64,000 nt of DNA from Octopus vulgaris (lineage: Eukaryota): positions 4,588,001 through 4,652,000 of the forward strand of contig OX597827.1 in the NCBI GenBank assembly GCA_951406725.2, given 5' to 3'. Positions 40,501 to 55,330 of this stretch are shown here, piece by piece. Both the position numbers and the translations under genes were made by a program. The stretch's first letter is position 1, and each line of letters starts with the position of its first letter. Below the pieces are notes generated by a model. That model saw only the letters and a program-made list of their open reading frames with translations, did no database searches and was not told the DNA's origin.

Positions 40501-40779
40501 GTTTGTCCTTCTGGCATTGCTTGACAACCGATGCTGGTGTGTTTATGTCCCCGTCACTTAGCGGTTCGGCAAAAGAGACCGATAGAATAAGTACTGGGCT
40601 TACAAAGAATAAGTCCCAGGGTCGATTTGATCGACTAAAGGCGGTGCTCCAGCATGGCTGCAGTCAAATGACTGAAATAAGTAAAAGAGTAGTAACATTT
40701 CTCATGCTTTCATTCACCCCCAGGATGGCAAAAGAGTCAATTAATTAAGTTTCCACTCTACTTTCCCAACCTTTTGCAC

Positions 40780-41830
40780 CAAGAGGCTTTGAAGATGAGG
40801 AGAATATTACCATTCTCAGAAAAGAGACTCCAAAGCTTGAACCAAAGTGGGCAGCAAGGAGTCTCATCATTATTTGATTCTAAGTTTTATGAAGAGTATA
40901 AGTGAATGATGGGTTATCTTATTCTAAACAAATTATTCTGCTTCCAATGTCTGGTATTTTGTCTGCATAAGAACATATGGACAACTATCAGCTACTGTGA
41001 TTTGCACAATTTGATTACAGCTTTGATGAAACGTAAAATTCTCAGAAGTATCTGAATTCTGAAATTGCTCTGAAAACCTTTGGCTGACAATGAATTGATG
41101 CAGCAAGTGGTCACTTGGAAAGCAGCTTTCTATTCAGTTCTGTAATAGATCAGTCAGGAAAAATCACAATACGTTGAAAAGGTTAATTCATTGTATTGAA
41201 ATTTTGGTCTGTCATGAATTACCTTTTGGAAAGATGTTGAAACAGAGGCATCAAACAATAAGGGTTATTTTCTAGCTATATGTGAAGCAGTAGCAGAGTA
41301 CAATGATTGCTTAAAATCACATTTAGATTTTGTGAAGAAAAATGCCATCTGCACATTTTCTGAACTTTCAAGTGATATTAAAAATGTACAGCTGCTACAA
41401 TTGAAGGTGAAATTAAGGCACTGATTGAAAAAACAGCATGTGTTGCTGTAATGTTCGAGACTACGGATCTTTGAATGAAATCTGTCTTGTCAAATGTTTT
41501 GTGATTTGTTGGTGAGAAGGAGTAGCCTCAAGAAAGGTTTTTTTTGGATATGTCAATGTCAGTAAAAACAGAGAAGCTGCATTGCTGACAAGTTTGAAAA
41601 TTTGTTAATGAATTCGACTTTGGCCAAACATTCCTCACACAAATCTATGATGGAACAAGCATGATGGCTGGACATTCAAATGAAGCGCAAACAAGCATAA
41701 AGGAAATTTTTAGTGCAAACATGATATTTGTACATTTTTATGCACATTCACCTAATTTGGTACTTTCTAAATTGGCTTCAAGTATCATGAATGTTGAATC
41801 TTCTTCAAAGCTTTAAAAGGATTTACAAAT
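40780..41830 (+). mobile_element. hAT-family transposase fossil
   Basis: Fragmentary translation KLFCFQCLVF, ETEASNNKGYFL, QIYDGTSMMAGHSN, FVHFYAHSPNLVL (hAT YDGAxxM and CxAHxLNL motifs), with many disablements. Confidence 0.75.
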
Positions 41831-41839
41831 AAACTTTAA

Positions 41840-42060
41840 CTCTTTAGTATTTGCATTATTTTGCCAAATGTAATACTTATTTATTCACTTTGTTTTAAAC
41901 TAATCCTGCATTATCTTGTAGCTTTGAGATTTTGATGAAGTAACTATTCATTTTTAGAATTATATAGTAGGGCTGGTGTGAAAGGCCAGATCTGGCCAAT
42001 TTGAACATAAAACAGGGGAGAATATTTTGGCCGGATATGGCCAGTTTAAGTGCTAAAGGG
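41840..42060. mobile_element. piggyBac-type MITE
   Basis: TTAA|ctctttagta ... tgctaaaggg|TTAA. Inverted copy at 62765-62988 and a partial copy at ~22715-22845. Confidence 0.78.
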
Positions 42061-42504
42061 TTAAATAGCTCGTTATTTGTAGGTTCTATTATTATCTCAG
42101 ATTTTTCTTTTAACCAATGATGGTCACCATGACAGGCTCTTTACTAGAGTATTGCTAATGGGGGAACATCAAGTCCAGTTGAGAGGTGTATCAAGCCTGA
42201 AGTGTGGCCTGTAAGCAGAAATGCATCTTCTCACATTAAAATCAGCTTATATCACATACACAAATGATGGTGGAGGAATAGTTTTTAAGTGGGTGGGAGA
42301 GAGTAGGGCTCCACTGACCCACTCTCTGCCTTGGCAATTGGCCTGCATTATGGACTACATGCCCTGGTTTCCAAGTCACCCTTCACTACTGATGCATAGA
42401 TACATACACACGTGCACACAAGCACGCACACACACACACACACACACACACATGTATCTATCTATCTATCTATATATCTATATCTATATATATATATCTA
42501 TATC

Positions 42505-42549
<45 letters not shown>

Positions 42550-43848
42550 GGCAAGTTAGTTTCATTCTAAGGGCCTACAAAACTTTAACTTGCATGGAGA
42601 TGAGTCAAACTTTTATATAAAATGATATATGTGACTCCTGTCAAATGTGTGTGTATTTATCTAGTGATTTCCTCCACAGTCTATCATGTCCAGTCTTCAC
42701 ACGCATGGGTAGACAAGCTCAAGCTACTGGAGGGTTTGAGACCTGTCAGCTACTGTTACCATAGTTTAGCTGGCTTGTGGAAGCCATTGCTTGGGGTGTT
42801 GCTGCTGTTGCAAGCAGACAACTTTGAGGAGCCACAGGAGAGCTGGGTGTCAGGTGAGGACCAAAGTGGATGAATTACTCTGAAGAGCACTACATATTTC
42901 CCCACCAGAAGTACAGTAATACCTCACGTTATGAGGACCTGCTTTATGAGACTCCGGGTTTATGAGTTTTACTTTTCAAATACTAGATCCAAATTTTGAA
43001 TGAAGTGCAAAAGTTTCTGCTACCATACCATATGATTCTGCGTGTTACTGAGAAATTTATAGAGAGCAAAAAAAAAGCTTCTTCTAAGTAAACTGCTCTA
43101 GACTTCTTTTTTAAAAAGAAATCTACAAGTCTGTCTATGAGTGCTTGTGAACCAGCAACTGCATCTACAAGTGATGGTGTGCATGAGTCTAGTGAAAGTA
43201 AAAGGGATTCAGAAAACAATTATAATAATATTTTTTATTGCAAATGATCTTGACATAAAATTTTCTTTACAATCTACTGTTGTTTAATTGCCATTTATTT
43301 ATGAGTATTATAAATTTTATGGGTAAAATATTTTTCTGGGAACAAATTACTTTACTGGTTTATAACATCATTGCTACTATGAAAACTTATTGCTCTGCTT
43401 TAGGAGTTTTTGCTTTGCGATCAGTTTCCAGGAACAAATTAACTCATATATTGAAGCATTACTGTACTACCCTTCACAGATTCCCCATGCACCCACAAGA
43501 ACAAGACTGCCCTGCTTCGTGGAGCTTCACTAACAGAGATGCAAGTACCTACAAACAGAACAGGATTGCAGGAGTACAAAGAAAATGCAAACTGCGTAAG
43601 TCCTGAGAAAACTCATTATCTTCAGCCACAACAGATCGCCAATGGCCAACTTGTATCAGGGTATTCTAAGCATGCATTAGACAGATTGGCCCTTGCTGGA
43701 CAGCACTGTGCCCTGTTTTCTTCTCCCATATTATGTCATTGCTCATTGTTAACGATGACGGACAAACGAATAATGTGCATTTATATATATTTGTGTATAA
43801 ATAGGTACATATATCTGTGTGTGTGTGTGAGCATGTGCACGCACATGT

Positions 43849-44058
43849 ATAATAATAATAATAGTGAAATTATTGTATACAGTGCTCAGGTGCACCACAA
43901 CTTGTCAGAAAGTGCATATAAAGCACATGCAGTAGTGTACAAATGTCTGGAAAGCGAACAATGCATGAGTCAGGTACATGCTTGTGTGTGTATGGAGGGG
44001 AGAAAGCCAGGTGTAGTGTTGGCGAATCTTAGAAAGCATGGAAGTTTTGAAGGATGCA
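43849..44058 (-). mobile_element. LINE 3' end with (ATT)n tail
   Basis: Discrete segment between microsatellites ending in an (att)n tail on the minus strand; clade not determined. Confidence 0.45.
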
Positions 44059-44537
44059 TATATATATATGTCTCAGTGTGTATGTATATACGTATGTATG
44101 TGTGTGTGTGTATGCATGTGTAATACATATATATATGTATATTGAGAGAAGAAATTGTCCGCATTCATTGCACTTCAATTCCTGCTGGGTTTCTGCATGC
44201 GCTACACTCGGGTCCCACTTATGGAGTGATTACTTCAAAGCAACGTGTTCTACTCACTTTTGCTCTCAAAGGCACCAAATCTATACTTGAGGATCTCCTT
44301 GAGATATACATATCAATCTCGAAAGCTTTAAAAATGCCAAGGAGAAATTGAGCTACTTGTGAGATGAAGCTACCATCAAATGTACCACAATACATTTACA
44401 CTAAAAAGGGGCCGATAGAATAAGTAATAGGCTTCAAAAAATAAGTCCTTGAGTTGATTTGTTTAACTAAAACTCAAGGCAGTACCCCTGCATGGCTACT
44501 GTCAAATGACTGAAATAAGTAAAATATAAAAAATAAA

Positions 44538-44568
<31 letters not shown>

Positions 44569-45255
44569 TGCATATATATGTGTAAATATATATATGTGTG
44601 TATGTATAGCATATATCTGTATAAATAGTATATGTATGCATATGTGTATATATATATAGGTGTATGTATGCATATATATGTATATATGTGTGTATATATA
44701 TAGTGGATATATGCTAACATATATGTACATTTATGTATGTATACATATATGTGTATATATAGTATATGTGTGTATATATAGTGTATGTATGCTTATATAT
44801 AGGTATATTTATAGATGTATATATGTGTGTAAATGTGAAGTATATGTGTGTATATGTAATATATGTATGTGTATATATCATCTTCATTGTATAATCTCCG
44901 TTTTCCACGCTGGCATGGGTTGGACGGTTTGACTGAGGTCTGGAGAACCAGTGGCTGAAATCTGATCTGGCAATGACTCTATAGCTTAATGCCCTTCCTA
45001 ACACCAACAACTCTGAGAGTGTAGTGGCTGCTTTTTACATGCCACTGACACAGGAGCCAGTCATATGGGCCTGGCATTGATCACATTTGGATGGTGCTTT
45101 TTACATGTCACCGGCACAGGAGCTGACCAGTGGGTACTGGCATCGGCCACATTTGGATGATGCTTCTTATGTGCCATGTATATATAGTACATGTATGTGT
45201 ATGTGTGTATATGTATATACGCACACACACACCACACATATATATATATAAGCAT

Positions 45256-45301
<46 letters not shown>

Positions 45302-48292
45302 TGGCCTGCTTGCTTAGCCAGCGGGGTGGCATCATTCGAAGGCTAAAACAATGCAAACGCATTGTGACCAGCGATGTGTAACAACATCTGATGGTCTGGT
45401 CGGTCACATGATCAAGTGAGATATATATATATATATATATATGCATGTATATATATATATGCATGTATATATGTGTATATATATATATGTGGATATACTT
45501 GTGTGTGTATATATACATACATATATGTGCACATATATTTATATACATGTGTGTGTGTGTAAATATATGCATGAATACTTTTGTGTGTGTGAATGTAATG
45601 AAAAGGCAAAAACCAATATTTCTCTGTGATACTGTTGCTATTTTATAGTCTTATGATTGCTTATGTAGGTCATCGTAAAAAGGAGCTGGTTTTCGGAAAC
45701 CCATCTTTACTCCTGTAAGCCCTGCTACTTATTTACATTGAACTCCACTCACTCTGAGTGGTCAATCCAACAAGAAAATTATATTGATTTTATTAGCCAC
45801 AATATAAAAGTTGGCAAAGCAGCTATAAAATTATTGTACTATGATAAAAAATAATAATATTAATGATTTTGAATTATTTATAACATGAAATGGAGGATTC
45901 CTACCATTGTCAGGTAGTTTGAGAATTATCATACATTAACCTATTTATTTTTTACTAATATATTTCAATACTGTTCTTTTCATAAATACTTGTCATACTT
46001 CATCTTCTCAGCTTTTATTTTATTTTGATGTTGTTTTGTTGTTGCAGTGTAAAATTTAGTTGCTTGTACGATAAGATGAAAAATATAAATAGTGTTTGGC
46101 AACGCTGCAACTGTTGAAGCCAGCATAGGTTCAAGGTGGGTTGGGATATGAACGAAAGTCACATACACTTTTATTGCTTATTTTTAATGATGTCAGGTAT
46201 TGGGCTGCGGCCATGCTGGTGCAGTTTTCAAATATTCTGCCACTCATTTGAGTCAATAAATTATCAGATAGTTAACATTTTTTTTTTATATATAAAAGTG
46301 TGCAAATTTACTAAAACATAAACACAGTGATATGTATATGTATGTGTGTGAGTGTGTATATATAAATACAAACGCATTGAGAGGGAGAGAGAGAAATAGA
46401 GAGAGAGAGATTTTATTGTGAGAGACTCCTTTCATCAGTTGTTAAAACAGTTTTGGTAGTCTGATATTATTGATCCCTTTAACAAAGTGCATTAATGCTA
46501 TCAGGGAATGTCTGGGCTCTTTTAGCTGACACTATAACATGCATTTCCTTCTCTCGCCCCTGCAGCCACCACACCCAACTGGCTGCAGCTGTGATCTCTC
46601 TAGCCAGGCAATAACTATTTTGTTTTACTACTTGTTGAAAATATATTATTAGTTCTCGGCTTTTGTTTTTCTTTCATATGCGTCTGCCATATCCGTGATG
46701 CAGCGTTTCTCTTTGCCTCCCCACTTCATGAATCACTGTTCTACTGTCTTTCCTAATTCTAATGCCTGACCATAGTGGGGTCCAGCTACAAAACCATGCT
46801 ATTTCATCACTACTGAAAACACTTTACCATCTCCATCTCCTCCACTACCATCCTCATCGCCTTCATGATCCCCTAACTTATTTATAATTTAAGCCTTTCA
46901 TTTCACATGATCACACTGTGTGTGGTGTGTGTGTGTATGCATACACACACACACACACATATTGCCATTTTATATCTGATTTCCGTGCTGGCTAGATCAT
47001 TACTGAATAGCAAAAGTGGTTGGGAGACCACATCTTACTTGTAAATTTCCTTTTTGGCTTAGCTTTTATAGCTGAATACCATTTCTAACATTACTCACTT
47101 TATAAAGTGGTTGACATATGTAGGTGCCAAAGAATGCATTCAGTACTGGCATTAGGAAAGTTGTTATGTCTTTGATATGACTAAAGAGACCTCTCAATAT
47201 TGCACTTAAAGCAGTGTACTGGATGCATTCTGTTGTGGCACCAGCACTTGTGAGGGTAGGAATGAGAGCAGGATCCATTGATAGCTAGAGTTGGATCAAT
47301 GCTAAGAGTGAATGATGGATGATGATATGAAGAGGACAAGTAATATGATACAGCTCACCTTTCTCTTGTAGAGCGAAAAATAAAGACCATAAAATCATTT
47401 TCCAGTCTCTACAGCATTGATACCACCGAATATATGAAAATATAATGAAGTTGTTATACTCCAGCACTCCTAATGTGGCTGGTATGATAGCTGTTTTTAA
47501 TAGGTACACACTTAATATACATAGTGTTGGCGATAGAATTGGTCAGTTCAGGGAGCACCTCAAAAGTGGACTCTCTTTGAAATTGCATGTGAAATGATGT
47601 TCACTCCAATGAGATTTGCAGAAAATACACCTCTGGTTTGGGTTATAGGAATAGCCACAAAAATCAGGGATATATCAATAACACCACCAATGTGTGAAAT
47701 TTGTAACCAACCATGCCAGTACTCTATCTCTACAGTGAAGAGGGATATCATTACACCAGATGATGTCTCTTCCCTACCAGATATAACTGTAGGACATCCA
47801 CGAAATACTCCTTGTAAAGATACTGTGTACAAATCAACAAAACGTACAAATGTGCTACAGAATTTTATTAAGTATTTAAGAGGAGCTACAATGAGCCCCA
47901 TGAAGCAGGGCATCTCCATGCATAGGCATTCTGCCTCTAAGCCTCAAGTTTCCTAGCAGAAATATCAACAATAGTTTGAAATGGTTGGTTGTGGGAATTT
48001 CCCTGCACTGCTAGGAGAGTGGAGAAGGTGTCCTTGCAGACTGTGTACTAAAAACTGGTTTGTGTTTCTTTGAACAAACAAAACCTATTTAGGAAATAAA
48101 AGTGATAAATTTGGGATGTTCTACACACAGAGAAAGAGTTAGGCATTCCACCACCACAAGATTAGGAATAGTGTTACTGTCTCATTTCTTTGTATACACT
48201 AATTGAAAACTATATTACATATATGACCATCTTCCTCCAACTATGTCCCCACATAACCATTTTTCTATCATCGTATCTATTAATTGCAAGTA

Positions 48293-49780
48293 CAGGGTGG
48301 GGCAGAGAGGATGCACATTTTTGAAATGGCTATTGCTTAACCTCAGGAGGAAGGACTTATGTCTGACAGATACCTATTTCTTTATTACCCAGAAGGGCCT
48401 AAACACAGAGGGGACAAACAGGGACAGACATAGGTATTAAGTCGATTACATCGACCCCAGTGCGTAACTGGTACTTAATTTATCGACCCCGAAAGGATGA
48501 AAGGCAAAGTCGACCTCGGCAGAATTTGAACTCACAACGTAACGCAGACGAAATACCGCTAAGTATTTCACCCGGCGTGCTAACATTTATGCCAGCTCGC
48601 CACCGATATTTCTGACAGATACCATTCAGTCCATGGTGTCTTAGCAATTTTTTTACTTTTCAGGTGAAGCCATGGCACTGTAGACAATAGAGTGTCGTGT
48701 GTTTGCCTATGATAGTTAGGTGAAGAATAATGAGTCTGTCACGGCAGTTCAGTGTGAGTTTCAGCGCCTCTTCAACATTCATCAAAATCAGGCTGTTCCC
48801 ACCTGTAACACAATTTTACATTGAGTGAATGCACTTCGTACATGAGGTACACTAATTTATAGGAGACCAGTAGGGGTGCCACGAATGGTACAGACCCCAG
48901 AAAATGTGGAACATGTCAGACTGGCTTTGATACGGAGTACGAATTGCTCTGCTTGGAGGCATTCCACTAAACTTGGCATCGGTAATCGATCAGTAAGGTA
49001 TATTTTGCATAAAAACCTGCATTTCCACCTGTACAAATTGGTCGTTGGGAAACAGTTGAAACTATGGGACTATGCACAGCAGCTTAACTTCATATGTCAG
49101 ATGGAAGCAATTTTTGAGGCAAATTACAACCTCATTTTGTTAATGAGAGATGAAGCTCATGGCATGGTGAATCAACAGAACTGTCATTATTGGGCTCTTG
49201 AAAATCTGAGAGAACTGCATGAAAGACCATTGCACTGCCCAAAAGTGACAGTCTTGTGTGTTACTGGAAAAGCTGCTGTCATTAGTCCTTACTTTTTTAA
49301 AGACTAATGGAAATGCCATTACCGTGAACTCCGAGTGTTACAACGAGATGATAAACAGCTTCTTTGTGACTGAATTAGAATGAAAACGTCTGCCTATTCA
49401 AAGTATGTGGTTTCAGCAATGGACGTTCTTTGCCCTCTCTTTGGTGATCATCTCATTTCAAGGTTTGATGACATTCCTTGGTCCCCTGATTTGTCCATGT
49501 GTGATTATTTCTAGTGTGGAATCTTAAAGGCATAAGCTATTCATGTGGAAGTCGCCCAAATTGACAAAGCAATGTTGGAGAGAGTTGAGGCCAACTTCCA
49601 AGAACACGCTCAGAAATGCATCAATGAAAACGGATACCACATGATGGATGTTGTTTTCCACACTTGATTTTGACAAATGCTAATTCAATACGAACACATT
49701 GATGTCAATAAAGTTTGTTTACAGCTAAAATCAATGATTTTGTGAATTTTTCAAAAACGTTCATCCTCTTTACCCACCCA
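48293..49780 (+). mobile_element. Tc1/mariner transposon, decayed
   Basis: TA-flanked TIRs (cagggtggggcagagaggatg...ttttgaaa / tttcaaaa...catcctctttacccaccca). Transposase fragments DEAH, VNQQNCHYW, PYFF, WFQQ and WSPDLSMCDYF. Interrupted by a SINE with a 13-bp TSD. Confidence 0.88.
48375..48610 (-). mobile_element. SINE family B inserted in the mariner element
   Basis: 13-bp TSD tctgacagatacc at 48362-48374 and 48611-48623. Confidence 0.9.
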
Positions 49781-49996
49781 TAGGCATGCTCATTTCAAAG
49801 ACAATAATACAGTGCAATATCAAGCACTACCACTGCTCTCATTGAACTTCACGGCACCAGGTAACTCATCTGTCAATACAATTAACAGTTAAGAGTTGAA
49901 CTATTCTCAAATCACCACTGCCTGGAGCTCTAATGTTGAATCCATATAATATTACACTTTCCTGCATAGATACACATTGGATATTATATAATGAAA

Positions 49997-50395
49997 CTAG
50001 CAGTATCGCCCGGCGTTGCTCGGGTTTGTAAGGGAAATAACTATATAAGCATTTTTAGATATGTAAAGTATAATAGCCATCTCAATATGGCTAACCACAA
50101 AGGGGGGGGTGTTACTGTAGCTTTTTACGTTCTGAGATTTAATAATAAATTTTTAGAGAGTTACTTCCCTTATATATGCCAAAAATGCATTAAAAAATGG
50201 GAAAAAATTGATGGTAAATTTTTTTTTAAATCGTAGACTCATCGTAGACGCGTGCTAATACCCAGAAGGGCTCGATATGAATCATGACTATAAGATACCC
50301 GGTTTTGGTTAAACTGCACCGCAAAATGTGGGAGTAGTTAGGAATCTAAATCGTAGGAGACAGACAGCACACAACCTTACTTTTATATATAAAGA
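49997..50395 (-). mobile_element. Non-autonomous Helitron
   Basis: Minus strand: 5'-TCTTTATATATAAAA ... hairpin cccgagcaacgccggg ... CTAG|T-3', no TSD. Two more copies in the window. Confidence 0.8.
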
Positions 50396-50761
50396 AGATA
50401 TGTAATACCTGCAGTGTATGACACTGACTTATGTAACACCTTTGGATAGCTTATTCCTACATTTGTGTTAGCTTAGCAAACTTACATGCACAACGCAGGT
50501 GCTTGTGTGTATGTTGGAGTATCTGGGGAGAATGAAGTCAGATAGTGACACATTTCTCTGTTGGTGCATTATTTGTGAGTATTTATGTATTCATGTAAAA
50601 TTTCATTTTTATGGTTGTATGACTGTGCATGTGTGCATGAATATCTACATGTGTATGTGTGTGTATGTCTAAATGGAAATGTATTCGTGTGTATATTTGT
50701 GGCAGCTTGACTGTTTATATGGGGAAATTTGATGTTATGATTCATGTAAGTAGATTTCGAA

Positions 50762-51176
50762 TTTACTCTTTTACTCTTTTCCTTGTTTCAGTCATTTGAC
50801 TGCATCCATGCTGGAGCACCGCCTTTTAGTCAAGCAAATCAACCCCGGGACTTATTCTTTGTAAGCCCAGTACTTATTCTATTGGGCTCTTTTGCCGAAC
50901 TGCTAAGTGACGGGGATGTAAACACACCAGCATCGGTTGTCAAGCAATGCTAGGGGGACAAACACAGACACACAAACACATACACACACATACATATATA
51001 TACATATATGCGACAGGCTTCTTTCAGTTTCCGTCTACCAAATCCACTCACAAGGCATTGGTCGGCCCGAGGCTATAGCAGAAGACATTTGCCCAAGATG
51101 CCACGCAGCTGGATTGAACCCAGAACCATATGGTTGGTTAGCAAGCTACTTACCACACAGCCACTCCTGCGCCTAT
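50762..51176 (-). mobile_element. SINE family A
   Basis: Matches 5372-5811. Confidence 0.9.
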
Positions 51177-51804
51177 GAGATTTAAATTCAAATATGAACA
51201 GAAAGGGTTAACATCACAAAATAATCTTCGCAGTCTATTGAATGGAACCTGATTTGATTGTTATACTTCATACCTCACTATCAAACACTACATTGCAGAT
51301 TGACATATTCTACCTGTTGTACTTACATTTGTTTAGTAACTTGTATAACACAGCACTCTCCAAAATAAGCTGAAGCTCCTCAGCAAATGACTGATTCTGT
51401 TAGAGTGGATATTTCTAGCAAATGCTTTTCTTTGATTTATCAGAAATATTTGTAGTGTTAGAAATATTTTCTGGTTCATAACATTTTTAGATTAAATTTC
51501 TTTTTAAATGAAATATTTGAGGCTGATGTGTTCCTAAGGCAATATGATGTCAAATTTAATTATATCTATTCTCTTTCATCCCCATATATAATGAAACCTA
51601 TCTCTTCTTTGCTTTCTTATTGTCACCCATGTAATAGTTGCAGACATGCATGTGTGGTTAACAAGTTTACTTTCAACCATGTACTTTTGAGGTCAGTTCC
51701 ACTGTGTGACAACTTGGGCAAGTGTTTTCTAATATGGCTTCTGGCTTACTAAAGCCTTATGAGTGGATTTGTAAAATGGGAACTGAAAGAAGCCCATTTA
51801 TATA

Positions 51805-52231
51805 CAGGGCCAGATTAAGACTCATCGAGGCTCTAAGCACTTAAAAGATTTTGTTGCACCCCATAAAAAATTATGTAATTCAAAATATAAACCATAACAA
51901 ACCATAAAATAAATTTTCATTTTGCAAAACGAAACAAAATGGTAAGAAGGAAAATAATGTTTATTTTTGTCTCCTTCCACTTTATTTATATTTGAAAAGT
52001 TTCCTCCTACTCTTTGGAACTGCAGAGTCTTTGATCAGATCCTCGAAATTAATCTTAGGTAACACACCTGCATCTATACTTAGTAGGAATAAAGGCATCC
52101 TAAATATTATTTTAGCAAGTTTAAAATGATTTCGTTTGTGACATAAACCATTTACCATTTTTATGGTGCCCCCTCCTTCCCTTGATGTCCTAAACTCCTG
52201 CTTCTTTTGCTTAATGGTTAATCTAGCACTG
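51805..52231. mobile_element. hAT-type MITE
   Basis: TIRs cagggccagattaa / ttaatctagcactg with an 8-bp TSD tttatata on both sides. Confidence 0.8.
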
Positions 52232-52839
52232 TTTATATATATATATACATTGATTAACAGGGGATAGATTCAGTATCAAACCTTTATTGCGTATGTGTAA
52301 GTACATATGTGTGTGTGTGAGTGTCCAGATATACATATATAGGAGTGTGCCTGTGTGTGTTTGTGTGGGGGGTATATGTGTGCATGTGTGTGTGCCCATG
52401 TGTGTATGTGTTAAGCTTCCTTTCAGTTTCCATCTACTAAATCTACTCACAAGGCTTTGGTTGGCCAGGGACTACATTAGAAGATACTTGTCCAAAGTAC
52501 CACATAGTGGAAATGAATCTGAAACTATGTTGTTGGGAAGCAAACTTCTTACCACACAGCCATACCTGTGCCTATAAAATGCTTGGTATTAAATCATAAT
52601 CCCAGTCATCTTAAAAGGAGTCAATATGTTTGGGAAACAAGCTTATAATAATTTGAAATATGATTCTAAAGAGCTAAATAAACCATTAGTGCCTAATAAC
52701 TGAGATTTTTCATTGACCATGATTTATCTGACTTTTGCATTTCAAGAATTTCTATCTCTACAGTATTATAATTTTAGTCACATCAGCTTGAATGTAAAGG
52801 TAAATTCTGGTCCTTAACTGTATTTGCTGTGTGTGTTGA

Positions 52840-55330
52840 TTTGAAATGTATAGCATATATGACAAACCTTTAAAACTTTCAATATTCACTGACTCAAGTG
52901 TAGGGATTTCTGCTGAAGCAATACACATATGTTGCTCCACTTGGAATTGCTCTTTTGAAAACCATGGATTCATTAAAGCCGAAATGAGAGATTTAACTAT
53001 TCCTTCAAGTTATCGTGGCATTTTGATGTTGTAATCAACAAAAATAGTGGCAAAAGGCATTTAGTGGTTGACTGCACATCTAGTATTTATAGATTCACAC
53101 AGTTTGATGCTTCTCCCATCCTACTCATTAGTGATGTTTTAAGTCAAATTCATGGAAGTCATCATTTCATTACTCTGACCTTCATTCAGTCTATCATCAA
53201 GTGTCTTTGCCTCCCCAGGGACAAGATTTTATAACTTTTGAAGCAAGTTATGAACTATGCCAATTAATGTGATTGTCTCATGGAGTTACAAATGAACTGA
53301 TGATTTTTTAGCAGAGTAATGAGAAAAATTAAATACTTGGAAGGAATAGTTAATTACTTTGATGATCTGATGATATGTGGAGAAAATAAAATGGGTGCAT
53401 GATGAAAATGTTGAAGCTTTTTACAAATATTCCCAAATAGTAAATTCCAAAAAATGTAAATTCATTGTGACTGAGTTATTATTCCCAGGTCACATCTTAG
53501 AACTGGCAAAATTCTATGAATCTAATAGAATTTGATGACTACTTGACTTTCCTGTATATCTAAATTCCAAGAAATTTGAGTGTTTCATTGGGTTAATAGT
53601 ATATTATGCAGAATGGCTAAAAGGTGAAATTGTGGCAGCTGTTGAAGTTAAACAATAACATTTTCCATTATTGGTTGAATGTCTTGATGCAATTAAGTAA
53701 CTGAAAGACAGTTATGCAGTTTTGACACCTGGTTCACTAATTATCCAGATACAAAATGGGCAGCCAATTTGCTTCTGTACACAAGATTGAATGATATTGA
53801 AAATAAATGGCCTTCTGTAGAGTTAGATGCCCTTGTAATAGTCATATTAGTTGAAAAAATGTGACATTATGAATTAACACAAAATCTCAAGCTTGTTACA
53901 GATCAACAAGCAATAACTTTCCTATTTGAAGGTTGAATTAAATCTGCTATTTAAAATTCTAAGTTTCAGTGTAGTCTTACTGGAGACTACAATTCTTGGG
54001 ACTCTTATGGAATAAAATACTTTCTGGAAAGGAATTTGGCTGCAGATGTTGCAAGTGGAATTTCCGCCGATTGAGATGGATGACGAATTGATGTCAACTG
54101 ATGAACAAATTAAGATAAGTGAAAATTTGTGAAGAGATGGGATACTCTTTGTGTATAGATGAGAAAATTAATTTGTAATAACCTATTTAGAAAACTCATG
54201 AGGAGTAAAAGTAGATTATGTTAGGTATGTGCAAGGTTGACAACTCATTTTATCAAAATTACAAGTAACCAACAGTTCCAAAACCAATTACTATAATAGG
54301 TGATTCTTACATTTTTGACAGTATTTGATGAGTTTACATGTTCTTTTGCATAAAAAAAATCAGCCTCTTAAGTTATTATTCAATCCTTCCCCGGCTATTC
54401 ATCCTGTTCAGTACTCTAAGTATTGTATTGCTCTTGTACTACTGTACTACTCAGTTTGAAGGCACTGAAATTTTAGAATTTCTCAGTAGATAAAATATTC
54501 ATAATACTAGAACAATTCTTTGCCATCCTTCATCATATAAACAAAATGACTATTTTGATGTAGTGATATGGAAAACTACTCTGCTATATCTAATGAAACA
54601 AACAAAAGACAATAAACTCTCTTTTGTTTTAATAAATACTAGCAGTATTGCCCGGCGTTGCTCGGGTTTGTAAGGGAAATAACTATATAAGCATTTTTAG
54701 AGAGTTACTTCCTTTATATAATAGACCTTTACATATATAAATAACGTGAAATACACAAAGGGACGAACAAAAAGACAAACGGGTCATTCAAAGCCTTCAT
54801 TCTTCAGTCAGAAACTGATTCCTCATTGCGGATTTCGGCTGTTTAATTCTGAAGAGCAAAAATCATTAAAAATGCGGAAAAATGATGGTAATTTTTTATT
54901 TAAATCGTAGACTCATCATAGACACGCGTTAATACCCAGAAGGGCTCGATATGAATGACGACTATAAGACACCCGCTTTTGGTTAAACTGCACCGCAAAA
55001 TGTGGGAGTAGTTAGGAATCTAAATCGGAGGAGACAGAGTCTCACACACACAACTTTAATTTTATATATAAAGATTAGACCATTACCTTCTAGAGCTTTA
55101 AACAAGCAGCCATCCAATAACAAAATATTTAACTTTGCATATTATTGTTTGCTGAAAAATTGGATAATTTTTCTTTGCTAGCAAAATCACTTCCGGGTTG
55201 GGTTGACCATGGAAAATCAGTTTGTCCTAAAAAGCATGTATGACTATCCAAAATTTTATCAAATGTTGCTAAGTGACTAAAGTACTATTTTATCACCATG
55301 CCTTAATTAAATTTACAATAGGGAGGGGTA
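52840..55330 (+). mobile_element. Ty3/Gypsy LTR-retrotransposon pol fossil
   Basis: RT motifs HLVVDC, DLHSVYHQV, NYFDDLMICG (~53352) and KKCKF. RNase H motifs WPSVELDAL, KLVTDQQA and NLAAD. Integrase-like FLTVFDEFT and TQFEG. Order is RT-RH-IN; interrupted by a Helitron at 54639-55074. Confidence 0.85.
54639..55074 (-). mobile_element. Non-autonomous Helitron, same family, different internal segment
   Basis: A|TCTTTATATATAAAA 5' end, subterminal hairpin and CTAG|T 3' end. Termini near-identical to 49997-50395. Confidence 0.82.

Noticed and set aside
39665-40748. Many Y/I/H/C/V-rich ORFs (also at 7.7-8.0, 30.3-30.9 and 44.4-45.6 kb)
   Set aside because: Translations of (TA)/(TG) microsatellites, which lack stop codons in several frames.
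47066-47956. Overlapping 120-aa ORFs on both strands
   Set aside because: No recognisable domain or clear splice signals; probably decayed non-LTR sequence, not classifiable by eye.
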